64,000 bases of DNA from a bacterium (GTDB lineage: Bacteria; Patescibacteriota; Saccharimonadia; Saccharimonadales; Saccharimonadaceae): positions 25,089 to 89,088 of the forward strand of contig JAUIII010000001.1 in assembly GCA_030431855.1 (NCBI GenBank). The letters run 5' to 3'. The notes under the pieces were generated by a model that was not told where the DNA came from, did not search any database, and saw nothing but the letters and a program-made list of their open reading frames with translations. The translations under genes were made by a program, and so were the position numbers. Of this stretch, positions 9,056-18,288 are shown one piece after another (position 1 is the stretch's first letter; the number at the start of each line of letters is the position of its first letter).

Positions 9056-9066
9056 CGTAGCGTAGC
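9047..9066. repeat. (GTAGC)x4 pentanucleotide tandem repeat between convergent genes
   Basis: gtagcgtagcgtagcgtagc read directly from the sequence. It contains the rhodanese TAG stop and abuts the photolyase stop. Confidence 0.9.
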
Positions 9067-10461
9067 TTACAGCCAATCTTTCTTGTATTGCTCTGTATCA
9101 AACTTTTTTCGTAGCCCAGAGTCAGACATGTAGCGGATAGTGCCGTATATGCTGCGTTCAAACCATGGTCTGTCGTGGAGTCCCGCGATACTCCATAAAA
9201 TGCCTACATAACCATTGGGGTCGCCGCCATCAATAGAGTAGTGGTCGTTGAGATAGATAGCGGTGCGTATAGCTTGTTCCGGATTATCGGACCATTCTAA
9301 GATCTTTTTTGCCCAATACATGCGCATATAACCGTGCATCTTGCCACTTTTTCGTAGCTGTAGCTGGGCGGCGTTCCATAGATCATCATGCGTTCTGGCT
9401 TCTTCGAATTGTTTTTGAGTATAGGTAAATTCACGGGGGTCAGACGCATGAGCTGCTAGTGTCTTTTGTGCCCAAGTAGCGGCGCCGTCAAGGCTGCTGT
9501 AGCTAGGGCTGTAAAAACAATAATTATCGGATAGTTCTTTGCGCACCACGAGCTCTTCAATAAACGCATCAATACTGTCTTGTCTTGTCGCGGGTTCGCT
9601 AATGCTGGGCATCTTCGGTGCGCGTAGTAATTGTGGAGGCTTTTCTGCTACATCTAGTAGGGTTAGGGCGATACGAAGACTTGAGAGCTGGCCGTAATGC
9701 AGATACGGGCTGAGGTTGCTCTGCGCTTGCTGATTTGGGTCGTTGCGACCAGTTGCATAGTTGTCCAATGCGTCTAGGAACGACGTCAACGCAGCACGTG
9801 CCGCCTGTTCTCCACTAGTTGTAGTGACTGCTATTCCACACGCGGGCACGGTACGTACAATCTCATCAACCTCTTTCCATGACGCTCCTGCAGCGAGATT
9901 TTTGTAGTGATGGGGGTGGCTTTGCACTGTGTCGGGTTCAACCAACCACGGTTCTATCACGTTGTGTAATTTGCGGCGAATGGTGTGAGCGGCGTATTCT
10001 TGCTTATCGCTAGTCACCCAAACGGGCACAATATTATGCGTATCTACTACAGCGACGCGACACTCGGCATTGGCAGCAAATTCCTTTTGAGCATGTCGTG
10101 GGCCGTGAAGTGGTGAAAAGTCAAAATATACGGTGCGAGGACGAAGCGTCTGAGAAAGCTTGCCGAGCTCTGTAGATAAGTCCCCGATCATTAACACAAA
10201 GGGAATGTGTTTGTTCGCGAGCGTTGTCTCTAACTCCTTGAGGCCGGCGACCATGAACTCGTAGTGCTCGCGTGCGCGGACGCCAAGCTTTGGTATAAGA
10301 TTGAACACGACAATCAGTGGAAGAGTATGTTCGAGTGCTTCTGACTGTGCCGCAACTAGCGCATGATTGTCCTCGACGCGTTGATCGCGACTCATGACAT
10401 ATATCACGCAGTCTGCAACGCGGGGCGGGGTATCTGCAAGCACAAGACAGCGTGAATTCAT
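9067..10461 (-). CDS. phr: Deoxyribodipyrimidine (CPD) photolyase, class II
   Basis: N-terminal VIYVMSRDQRVEDNHAL and C-terminal GKMHGYMRMYWAKKILEW and DPNGYVGILWSIAGLHDRPW blocks are typical of class II photolyases. Confidence 0.85.
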   Translation of the reverse strand: MNSRCLVLADTPPRVADCVIYVMSRDQRVEDNHALVAAQSEALEHTLPLIVVFNLIPKLGVRAREHYEFMVAGLKELETTLANKHIPFVLMIGDLSTELGKLSQTLRPRTVYFDFSPLHGPRHAQKEFAANAECRVAVVDTHNIVPVWVTSDKQEYAAHTIRRKLHNVIEPWLVEPDTVQSHPHHYKNLAAGASWKEVDEIVRTVPACGIAVTTTSGEQAARAALTSFLDALDNYATGRNDPNQQAQSNLSPYLHYGQLSSLRIALTLLDVAEKPPQLLRAPKMPSISEPATRQDSIDAFIEELVVRKELSDNYCFYSPSYSSLDGAATWAQKTLAAHASDPREFTYTQKQFEEARTHDDLWNAAQLQLRKSGKMHGYMRMYWAKKILEWSDNPEQAIRTAIYLNDHYSIDGGDPNGYVGILWSIAGLHDRPWFERSIYGTIRYMSDSGLRKKFDTEQYKKDWL

Positions 10462-10481
10462 ACCACCAGTGTATCAGTATA

Positions 10482-10510
10482 TTGACTTTTTATAATACTT
10501 ATGCTATACT
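10482..10510 (+). promoter_or_regulatory. Sigma70-type promoter (TTGACT-17 nt-TATACT with TG extension)
   Basis: TTGACT at 10482..10487, TG at 10502..10503 and TATACT at 10505..10510. Confidence 0.5.
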
Positions 10511-10538
10511 AAAATAGTAAACACCTATAAAAACAGAC

Positions 10539-10748
10539 ATGAATATTCCATTTTTTCACCACAAACTTGCATTCGCCAAGATAGACCCGTTAGCAGATGG
10601 TCTCGGTGATGAGATTGATGCCGAGCGCGCAGAATCCGACCACATAGACCTAAAAGAACAGTTTGACCCAGAGCTCGAGCAGCGTTGGGAAGCGATTGTT
10701 GATGATGTGCGCAAAGACCCAAAGTGGTTTGATTTTAGCGACGAATGA
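10539..10748 (+). CDS. Hypothetical small acidic protein (69 aa)
   Basis: The ORF lies downstream of the promoter above. It has no SD and no recognised motif. Confidence 0.45.
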   Translation: MNIPFFHHKLAFAKIDPLADGLGDEIDAERAESDHIDLKEQFDPELEQRWEAIVDDVRKDPKWFDFSDE

Positions 10749-10764
10749 TATACTTTATATAGTA

Positions 10765-11148
10765 ATGCACGAATTATCAGACGAACAATTTGACGCACTC
10801 ATTACGAGAGCTATGGACGAGTTGCCCCAACAGTATATAAAGGGGCTGAAGAATGTCGCTATTGTTATGGCAGACGAACCAAATGAACATCAGCGTTCAA
10901 AGTTACAATTACGCGGCGACCAGCTACTACTTGGCTTGTACGAAGGCGTGCCGTTGACGCACCGTGGCGGCAACGAATCAGGCATACTACCAGATAAGAT
11001 ATCTCTCTTTAAATACCCCATTCTTGCCGTAACCTATAGTGAGCAGAGTTTGTTTGAACAAATAAAGCGAACATTATGGCACGAGATTGCTCATTACTAT
11101 GGGCTTGATCATCCACGTATTCACGAATTAGAGCAAAAAAACCGTTAA
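10765..11148 (+). CDS. Small zinc metallopeptidase-like protein (zincin fold, DUF1025-like)
   Basis: HExxH motif in WHEIAHYYG near the C-terminus. The ATG at 10765 lies 10 nt downstream of TGaTATACT. The longer track ORF from 10663 overlaps the previous gene. Confidence 0.65.
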   Translation: MHELSDEQFDALITRAMDELPQQYIKGLKNVAIVMADEPNEHQRSKLQLRGDQLLLGLYEGVPLTHRGGNESGILPDKISLFKYPILAVTYSEQSLFEQIKRTLWHEIAHYYGLDHPRIHELEQKNR

Positions 11149-11243
11149 ACTATCTTTTCAGCAAACCGTAAGCGTCGTATACTAAATACATTAGTAAACG
11201 CCGGAGGGAGTGGAGTCCCGTTTGTACGGTCTGCGGGGGAGTT

Positions 11244-13118
11244 TTGTTTTTTTTCACACCAAACGGTCGTGCGCGGTCATTGACAAGAACTATAGTCATT
11301 ACTGCAGCATTAGCGCTGTTGTTCCAGCCTTTTTCTGTGCTAGGTGCGCCGCACGCAGGGGCTCTCAGTACGAGTCTTTTTAGCGATAGCTTCGAAACCC
11401 AACCAGCCTTTAGCGCATGGAACGATGTGGGCGATAACTGGGCGGTTGTTTCCACAAATTCCTACGATGGGGTGAAGCGAGCAGATTACTCGGGCTCAAA
11501 TGAAAACAGTCAGTCAGACCTCGTTGCGCGTATCAATGCAAATGGCTATGAAAACCTGACGCTCTCGTTCTACTACAAGCGATATCAGATGGACCCTGGC
11601 GATTACGGACAGGTGTTGTATACGGTGAATGGCCAGGAGACAATACTCGCAACATACGAAGGCGCAACCAATAATGGCAATGACGATATGGAGTGGCAGC
11701 AGGCTAGCTTCTCGTTGCCTGACGCAACAGACCAGGCAGATGTTGATATTGTGATTCGAGGATATGCGAATTCATCATCAGATAAATTTAAAATTGACAC
11801 GCTAAATGTAAGTGGCGACGAAATGGCCGCATCGCCTGATACACATGCGCCGACCGTACAATTAACTGCTCCGTTGGAGCCCGTTATCAACCCAGAACAG
11901 ATTACGCTGAAGGCCGTTGATGATGTCAGGCTTGCATCAGTACGCGTCGTCGTATCAAATGAATCTGGCGTGGTTGATGAGTGTAGCGAGTCGAATGTAG
12001 GACTAGTAGAAACAACGCTGCAATGCGATGTCGGTGGACTTACTGATGGGCTATATAGTGCAGCATTTACCGCTACCGACACATCTGGTAACGAGTCAGA
12101 ACCTGGGCTGCTTGAGTTCACGGTTGATCATACCCAACCGAGTCTTTCAATTGTCGTGCCAAAGAATGGTTTAGTAACGAAATTTGGCGCGCTCCATGTT
12201 ACCGGTACGGCTTCCGATATGTTCACAGACATCTTGAAGGTTGATTACTCAGTAGAACGTGTGAGCGGCATAGCTGGAAGTGTCGTGGGAAGTGTGTATG
12301 ACGGAACAGCAACAGGTACCGAGGCGTGGGAGTTTACTGCGCTGAGTTTGACCACAGGGTTTTATCGATTTACTGTAACAGCCTATGATGAAGCGGGCAA
12401 TCAGCGCTCTTTGGCGCATGACATCCAAGTAGACTTAGTGTTACCAAACATGTCTTTGGTGAACGCACTAAAAGATGATGAGATCCAAGCCCACAACTTC
12501 GCAGTTGCAGCGCAAGCAAAGGATAGCGATAGCGGCGTTACGCGTGTTTCGGCCGACGTATTTAGCGGCACGCAGCTTCTGTCGCATGTAAAATCTTGTC
12601 ATGATGAAACGATGTCGGCAACTGTAGTACTGAAAGATGTCTCGTGCAGCATCGATGTGAGTCAGCTAGGCGGCGGCAACTACACGATTCGATTCCTTGC
12701 CGAGGATGCAGCTGGCAATCAAAGCAACCCACTATTTTGGAAATTCCGCATACTGACCGGTACGATCGTAGTGACGCCATCGATTCCTGTTGCGAATGGA
12801 GACACGGGCTCAGCTTCGGGAGGTGCTGTTACCCGACAGACAACCAACACTATCGTGGCGCCACGTAGCACGGTGGTTCGTGCTAGCTCTACACCAACAC
12901 GTCTGCAGGACGCTCGCACAAGTAAAAAAGAAACCCCGCCGATACAGGAATTACTGCAGAAAGGCAGCAGGGATGTTCTTGCCGCATCAAGTCAAGGGCT
13001 AGACGAAGGCTGCAAGCAGTTACTTGGTGTTTGCTTGCGTAACAGCTTGCCTATCGTGGTTGGCGCTACTCTGATAGCTGGTGTCGCTGTAGTCGTGTTA
13101 CGACAGCGAGGAGGCTGA
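11244..13118 (+). CDS. Large secreted surface protein: N-terminal beta-sandwich-like domain, about 4 Ig-like repeats and a C-terminal TM anchor
   Basis: A signal-peptide-like N-terminus ends in VLGAPHA. Modules of about 100 aa each begin with a D/T-x-x-x-P segment (HAPTVQL, DHTQPSLSI, DLVLPNMSL). A hydrophobic C-terminal helix is followed by RQRGG. The start codon is uncertain (TTG at 11244). Confidence 0.7.
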   Translation: MFFFTPNGRARSLTRTIVITAALALLFQPFSVLGAPHAGALSTSLFSDSFETQPAFSAWNDVGDNWAVVSTNSYDGVKRADYSGSNENSQSDLVARINANGYENLTLSFYYKRYQMDPGDYGQVLYTVNGQETILATYEGATNNGNDDMEWQQASFSLPDATDQADVDIVIRGYANSSSDKFKIDTLNVSGDEMAASPDTHAPTVQLTAPLEPVINPEQITLKAVDDVRLASVRVVVSNESGVVDECSESNVGLVETTLQCDVGGLTDGLYSAAFTATDTSGNESEPGLLEFTVDHTQPSLSIVVPKNGLVTKFGALHVTGTASDMFTDILKVDYSVERVSGIAGSVVGSVYDGTATGTEAWEFTALSLTTGFYRFTVTAYDEAGNQRSLAHDIQVDLVLPNMSLVNALKDDEIQAHNFAVAAQAKDSDSGVTRVSADVFSGTQLLSHVKSCHDETMSATVVLKDVSCSIDVSQLGGGNYTIRFLAEDAAGNQSNPLFWKFRILTGTIVVTPSIPVANGDTGSASGGAVTRQTTNTIVAPRSTVVRASSTPTRLQDARTSKKETPPIQELLQKGSRDVLAASSQGLDEGCKQLLGVCLRNSLPIVVGATLIAGVAVVVLRQRGG

Positions 13119-13119
13119 T

Positions 13120-13986
13120 ATGGGCGCAAAACGGCAGCTACACCACCGCACGGCACAAGGCATCAAAAAAGCCATTGTGCCACACAAACATAATGGCTAT
13201 CGACCGCATCTCGTACGCTCGAAAGGGCTAGTGTTACTTGTTATCGCTGCAATGGGTCTGCAGTTGGGTAGCCTGGCGCAACCTGGCTCGGTATTAGGTG
13301 AAACCCAAGATGTGACGCAGCATCAGCTACTACGTGCAACCAACGCAGCGCGAGAAAGAAATAGTAAGCCGCCACTTTCGCTAAATGAAAAATTAAGCTA
13401 CGCTGCCACCTTGAAAGCGCAAGATATGTTCAAAGAACAATACTGGGCGCACAATTCACCAAACGGTACGACACCATGGGTATGGATAGAGAAAGCTGGT
13501 TACGACTATGGGTATGCGGGTGAGAACCTAGCGCGTGGGTTCCGAACATCGCAAGGGGTTGTCACTGCGTGGATGAACTCGCCCGAACATCGAGATAATA
13601 TGCTCAGCGAGCGCTATACTAACGTTGGCTTTGCCGCGCTCACAGGTACGCTAGAAGGCGAAAAAACAACGCTAGTGGTGGCCGAGTATGGTATGCCGGC
13701 AACTAGTTTGCTGCAGTCGAGTACGTTTTTATCGGCGCAAAGCGGTACACTTGGTCCGTTGTCTCGTTTTGGTATAGCCTTGCAGTCGATGAACCCCGCA
13801 GCGCTAGCCTCTATAGGGTTGCTGTTGCTTGGTGCAGTGGTGGCATTGGCGGCGCACAGTGCACGTAAACAGTTGCCAAAACAGTGGCGCACGAGCTGGC
13901 GACGACACCATGGTTTTTACAAAGCCGTAGGTATGATGTTGCTTATTGCGATTGTCATCGCCGTCTATGGCGGTGGGCAGATATAG
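13120..13986 (+). CDS. CAP/SCP (PR-1-like, YkwD-like) domain protein flanked by TM segments
   Basis: LLRATNAARE...YWAHNSPNG...GENLARGF...AWMNSPEHRDNML follows the CAP-domain pattern. The ATG lies 1 nt after the upstream stop, with GAGGAGG just upstream. Confidence 0.8.
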   Translation: MGAKRQLHHRTAQGIKKAIVPHKHNGYRPHLVRSKGLVLLVIAAMGLQLGSLAQPGSVLGETQDVTQHQLLRATNAARERNSKPPLSLNEKLSYAATLKAQDMFKEQYWAHNSPNGTTPWVWIEKAGYDYGYAGENLARGFRTSQGVVTAWMNSPEHRDNMLSERYTNVGFAALTGTLEGEKTTLVVAEYGMPATSLLQSSTFLSAQSGTLGPLSRFGIALQSMNPAALASIGLLLLGAVVALAAHSARKQLPKQWRTSWRRHHGFYKAVGMMLLIAIVIAVYGGGQI

Positions 13987-13992
13987 GGTAGA

Positions 13993-14820
13993 ATGATAGG
14001 TATGAGAATAACCAAAGCAATTATCCCGGTAGCAGGATGGGGAACTCGCATGCTCCCGATTACCAAATCAATTGAAAAGTGTATGCTGCCAGTGGGCACG
14101 CGGCCAGTTATCGACTACGTAGTGCAAGACGTGCTAAAGGCTGGAATTAAAGATATATACTTTGTCGTGGGTGAACAGAGCGCACAGCTGCAGAGCTATT
14201 ACCGTAGTAATATTCCACTAAACGATTATTTGCGTCGGGCAGGCAAAGATGAAAAACTTGCCTTGGTAGCGCCGCTGAGTGATGTAAACATCCACTTTCT
14301 CACACAACCCAGCACCGGTAAATATGGTACGAGTGTGCCGGTAGGAATCGCCAACGAGTTTATCGACAATGATGAGTCTGCGGTAGTGATTATGGGTGAT
14401 CAATTTTTCCTGCGCGCAGATGACGGATCGAATACCGCTGAGCTGATAGAGTTAGTCGAACGAAAAGGCCTGAATGCCGGCATGTATGGGGTACAAGTAC
14501 CGATGGACGGTATTGATAGTAGTATCGAAAAAGACGCCGAAGACAACTTTGTGCGTATCATCGAAAAGCCAGCCTCGGGCGAAGCGCCGACTAATCTGCA
14601 GAATGCCAGTTTCTATGTTCTAAACAAAGAGATTTTTGAACAAGCGCGAACGCTACCAGCTAATCCTAAGCGTGGCGAGCACGAGATTACTGATGCGATA
14701 AATGAGTATGTCGCGCGTGGCGGTAAAATGGCAGTTGCAACAGTACAAGGCCAGTACATGGAATGCGGTAGCCCTGAAGGATGGCTTCACGCCAACAACG
14801 TCGTGGCTGGCCGGTCTTGA
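13993..14820 (+). CDS. galU: UTP--glucose-1-phosphate uridylyltransferase-like sugar nucleotidyltransferase
   Basis: N-terminal KAIIPVAGWGTRMLPITKSIEKCMLPV matches the GalU/nucleotidyltransferase signature. Confidence 0.7.
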   Translation: MIGMRITKAIIPVAGWGTRMLPITKSIEKCMLPVGTRPVIDYVVQDVLKAGIKDIYFVVGEQSAQLQSYYRSNIPLNDYLRRAGKDEKLALVAPLSDVNIHFLTQPSTGKYGTSVPVGIANEFIDNDESAVVIMGDQFFLRADDGSNTAELIELVERKGLNAGMYGVQVPMDGIDSSIEKDAEDNFVRIIEKPASGEAPTNLQNASFYVLNKEIFEQARTLPANPKRGEHEITDAINEYVARGGKMAVATVQGQYMECGSPEGWLHANNVVAGRS

Positions 14821-14880
14821 AACTAATCGCTACATCTGTTACAATACTCTAGATTAGAAATTAACTTATAAAAGGACGTT

Positions 14881-15192
14881 ATGAAAGCAGTCGTTAAAGT
14901 TGGCGGCAAACAATATGTTGTCGCTGAAAAAGAGACCCTCCTGGTGGACCGCCTCCCGGAAGGAACAAAAGAGCTCACACTCGACGCACTCATGCTGGTT
15001 GACGGAGATAAATCGACCGTCGGCACGCCACTAGTGAAAGGTGTTAGCATTAAAGCCAAGGTAGTAGAGGAAGAGGTGAAGGGCGACAAGCTCCGCATTA
15101 TTCGCTATAAAGCTAAAAAGCGCGTACACACCGAAACTGGCCATCGCCAGAAATACAGCCGTATACAAATTGGCGCTATTGGCAAAAAGTAA
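14881..15192 (+). CDS. rplU: 50S ribosomal protein L21
   Basis: MKAVVKVGGKQYVV...IRYKAKKR...GHRQ is typical of L21. An SD is present, and TGtTACAAT lies at 14837..14845. Confidence 0.95.
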   Translation: MKAVVKVGGKQYVVAEKETLLVDRLPEGTKELTLDALMLVDGDKSTVGTPLVKGVSIKAKVVEEEVKGDKLRIIRYKAKKRVHTETGHRQKYSRIQIGAIGKK

Positions 15193-15205
15193 CTAAGTTG
15201 CTTTT

Positions 15206-15235
15206 AAAAAACTCCGCGTTTCAGCGGAGTTTTTT
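15206..15235. terminator. Bidirectional intrinsic terminator between convergent rplU and the HAD gene
   Basis: AAAAAACTCCGC / GCGGAGTTTTTT stem with a 6-nt loop. The HAD stop codon lies in the loop. Confidence 0.7.
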
Positions 15236-15880
15236 GATTACTTGGGGTAACTCGGTAAACAAATTAATTGATGCATCAAGAGTGTGGCTATCGAAATGCT
15301 CTGGGCCACGCAAACCACTTTCGTAGCAGGCGATAAACTGCATGCCCGCACCATTTGCGGCAGTAGCGTCTGAGGGACTGTCGCCCACATAGACACACTC
15401 ATTGGGGCGTAAGTTGTAATCATTGAGCAAGTTATCAAACGCACGGGGGTCGGGTTTGATGTGCGACGTATTGCCATCGTAGTAAAAATGAGCCAGGCGA
15501 CTGGAAAGGTGATGGGTTGGGTCCATCAGATGTGCAGCCTCTGCTTCATTTCGAGAGGTTAAGATAAACAGTCGGTAGCCATCAGTAATCAGCTGGTCGA
15601 GGCAGGCAAGATTTTCTTCACTGACGATATCAATTTCGCCGTTTTGAACCATTTCTTGGTGTACACGATTAGCAACTGGTTGATACTCGTCTGGGTCAAC
15701 ACCTGGCGAACGTACTTGAATCGCCTCACGAATAGGGGTTCCCCAGTTTACTTTATGGGCTTCGCGACTCATCGGTGCACGACCCATCTTTGCTAACGCT
15801 CGATTTTCTAATCTGAAACACGCCTCCTCAGACATTGTCAGTGTGTCATCGAAGTCGATAATAATTGCTTTTAGGCTCAT
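15221..15880 (-). CDS. HAD-superfamily hydrolase
   Basis: Motif I IIIDFDDTL (DxDxT), motif II ILTSR and a distal VGDSPSD motif. Confidence 0.75.
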   Translation of the reverse strand: MSLKAIIIDFDDTLTMSEEACFRLENRALAKMGRAPMSREAHKVNWGTPIREAIQVRSPGVDPDEYQPVANRVHQEMVQNGEIDIVSEENLACLDQLITDGYRLFILTSRNEAEAAHLMDPTHHLSSRLAHFYYDGNTSHIKPDPRAFDNLLNDYNLRPNECVYVGDSPSDATAANGAGMQFIACYESGLRGPEHFDSHTLDASINLFTELPQVIKKLR

Positions 15881-15954
15881 GAGATGTAGTATACACGATG
15901 TTTCTGCTGTGCCCGTGCTATAATATAGGGAGTAAATGAGGGTAGAATAAACAC

Positions 15955-16725
15955 GTGAGCACGGTTATTTCAGTCACAAATCAAAAGGGTGGTGTGGGCA
16001 AGACTACCACTGCCGTGAGTGTGGCGTATTATCTTGCAAAGGCCGGCCACAAGACCTTGCTGATCGACTACGATCCGCAAGGCAATGCCACGAGTGGGCT
16101 GGGTGTCGACAAGCAAAAACTAGAAGAAACTGGCACCATGAGTGACGTAATGCTGGAAACAAAGCAGCTACAAGAAGTAATTCTGGAGACACAGCACAAG
16201 AACCTCTCATTGGCACCTGCAACTGCGCAGTTGGCTAATACAGAGGTTGAGCTGGCAAAAGCATCGCGGCGGTTCACACGCTTGAAGAATGCCATTGTTA
16301 ACACAGCGGGGTTTGACTACGTGATTATCGATAATCCACCAAGTCTTAGTTTGCTGACGGTGAATGGACTGATTGCTTCAAGGTATGTATTACTACCCGT
16401 GCAGGCCGAGTTTTATGCGCTCGAAGGCCTCGGGCAACTGTTAGAAACGATGAAGCTGGTGCGTAAAAACATGAATCCGACCCTTGACCTTATTGGCGTG
16501 TTGCCAACAATGGTAGACAGTCGCACGACGCTCTCAAGTCAGGTACACGAAGAAATTAAGAAACACTTCCCGGGCAAGGTATTTACGACCGTTATACCAC
16601 GCAATATTCGCTTAGCAGAAGCGCCAAGCCATGGTGTGCCTATCGGCGTATACGACCGTTTCTCTAGGGGAGCGCGCGCCTACAAAGCAGTTACCAAAGA
16701 GTTAGTCGAAAGGATATCGGGCTAA
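15955..16725 (+). CDS. parA: Chromosome partitioning ATPase ParA/Soj
   Basis: Deviant Walker A NQKGGVGKTT. It is followed 1 nt later by parB. GTG start. Confidence 0.9.
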   Translation: MSTVISVTNQKGGVGKTTTAVSVAYYLAKAGHKTLLIDYDPQGNATSGLGVDKQKLEETGTMSDVMLETKQLQEVILETQHKNLSLAPATAQLANTEVELAKASRRFTRLKNAIVNTAGFDYVIIDNPPSLSLLTVNGLIASRYVLLPVQAEFYALEGLGQLLETMKLVRKNMNPTLDLIGVLPTMVDSRTTLSSQVHEEIKKHFPGKVFTTVIPRNIRLAEAPSHGVPIGVYDRFSRGARAYKAVTKELVERISG

Positions 16726-16726
16726 T

Positions 16727-17593
16727 ATGAAAAAAGGCCTTGGACGCAGTTTCGAATCGCTGATACCTGACGATTTACTGGACGAGTCGTTTGACCCAAC
16801 AGCCAATGATGACCACGCCGTAAGCGATTTGCGCACGATAAAGCTTAGCGATATTGTTCCCGACCCAGACCAGCCGCGACGCCACTTTGACCAACAGATG
16901 CTCGACGAGCTTGCTGCATCGATTCGTGAACACGGGGTATTGCAGCCTATCGTGGTGGTACCGCACAAGGGCAAGTATCAGATTGTGGCTGGCGAACGTC
17001 GCTATCGGGCAAGTGAAATGGCTGGTAAGGATACTATTCCTGCGCTGGTTCGGACACTGAGCGCACAACATAAGCTGGAACTTTCACTGATAGAAAATAT
17101 ACAGCGTCACGATCTCACACCTATTGAAACGGCTACTGCCTATGGTAAACTTCGTGATCAATTTAACTTGTCGCTTGAAGAAATTGGAAATCGCGTGGGC
17201 GGTAAATCGGTGAGCGCCGTCTCGAATACACTGCGACTACTTAAATTGCCCGCAGTAGCTAAGCAGGCTGTCGCGCGTGGTGAACTTACAGAGGGGCAGG
17301 CGCGTCCGCTTATAGGTGCTGACCCAGAACGCGTGAAGGAACTGTTGCCACAGATTATTAAAGAGGGATGGAGCTCACGTAAGATTGAGCAACTGAGTAA
17401 TCAGGTGAAGCCTGTGCTCAGGGCACGGCCAAAGAACGACCGTGTACAGTTCTTTGATGATGCAAATAAACTATCGGGCAAATTGAATACAACGGTGAGA
17501 ATTAGCGCCTCACAAAGAGGCGCTGGTACGATTTCAATCGCTTTTTCTAGTGACGAAGAGCGACAACGAATACAAAAATTACTCGAAAAGTAA
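16727..17593 (+). CDS. parB: Chromosome partitioning protein ParB/Spo0J
   Basis: ParB box IVAGERRYRAS, and an HTH region follows. Confidence 0.9.
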   Translation: MKKGLGRSFESLIPDDLLDESFDPTANDDHAVSDLRTIKLSDIVPDPDQPRRHFDQQMLDELAASIREHGVLQPIVVVPHKGKYQIVAGERRYRASEMAGKDTIPALVRTLSAQHKLELSLIENIQRHDLTPIETATAYGKLRDQFNLSLEEIGNRVGGKSVSAVSNTLRLLKLPAVAKQAVARGELTEGQARPLIGADPERVKELLPQIIKEGWSSRKIEQLSNQVKPVLRARPKNDRVQFFDDANKLSGKLNTTVRISASQRGAGTISIAFSSDEERQRIQKLLEK

Positions 17594-18190
17594 CTAGAAC
17601 GTCTGAATTTTATTGAATGGGAAAATTCGAAGACTCACTGGTCCAACGATGTCGTAGAGCGGGATGGTCCCTAGGCCGTTGCGAGAGTCCATTGAATAGC
17701 CCTCTTGGCGATGGTCACCAGCAACAAATATCTCGCCAGTAGGAACGACCATATCAACCTGGCCGTCGGTAGGCTGTTGCGGCCCTTCGGTTAATTTATC
17801 TGGGTTGAAACAGTTCAGGTTTTTATTGTCGCATACGGTAAATGCTCCATTTTTGAGCACAACGTGTTCGCCAGGAAAGGCAATTACTCGCTTGACAATA
17901 TACTCTTCACCAAGACCTGGGACATATTTAGGATTTTTAAACACGATGACATGGCCGCGTGGCGGAATATATTCCTCGTTTTTCAAGTGAGACCAGGTGA
18001 CGGGTAGGCGATTTACGATAAGTCGGTCACCAGTGTGAAGCGTATTTTCCATACTTGGCCCTTCGACATTGAAGCTACGAAACACGAAAGCATTGATAAT
18101 AAGTGTGCCCACGAGCACAAACAGAACGAACACGAGCAAGCCGAGTAAGTCTTTCACCCCTTGGTGACGTTCTAGAAATTTAGCATTCAC
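17594..18190 (-). CDS. lepB: Signal peptidase I
   Basis: N-terminal TM segment, catalytic Ser box GPSMENTL and GDHRQEGYSMDSR box. GTG start. Confidence 0.85.
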   Translation of the reverse strand: MNAKFLERHQGVKDLLGLLVFVLFVLVGTLIINAFVFRSFNVEGPSMENTLHTGDRLIVNRLPVTWSHLKNEEYIPPRGHVIVFKNPKYVPGLGEEYIVKRVIAFPGEHVVLKNGAFTVCDNKNLNCFNPDKLTEGPQQPTDGQVDMVVPTGEIFVAGDHRQEGYSMDSRNGLGTIPLYDIVGPVSLRIFPFNKIQTF

Positions 18191-18288
18191 TCCTATTACT
18201 ATACACTGGCAGCATAAAAATCCCTATGATTTTGCCTATGGTTTTAAGGTTTTATTCGGAAAATTTGCTACAATAAGTAGAGTTATTT

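Noticed and set aside
9047-9066. (GTAGC)x4 repeat as a possible phase-variation switch
   Set aside because: It sits at or beyond the stop codons of two convergent genes. Every unit supplies a TAG, so copy-number changes would barely alter either protein.
11603-12121. 172-aa minus-strand Ser/Thr-rich ORF
   Set aside because: It is antisense to the Ig-repeat surface protein gene and has no start context or motif.
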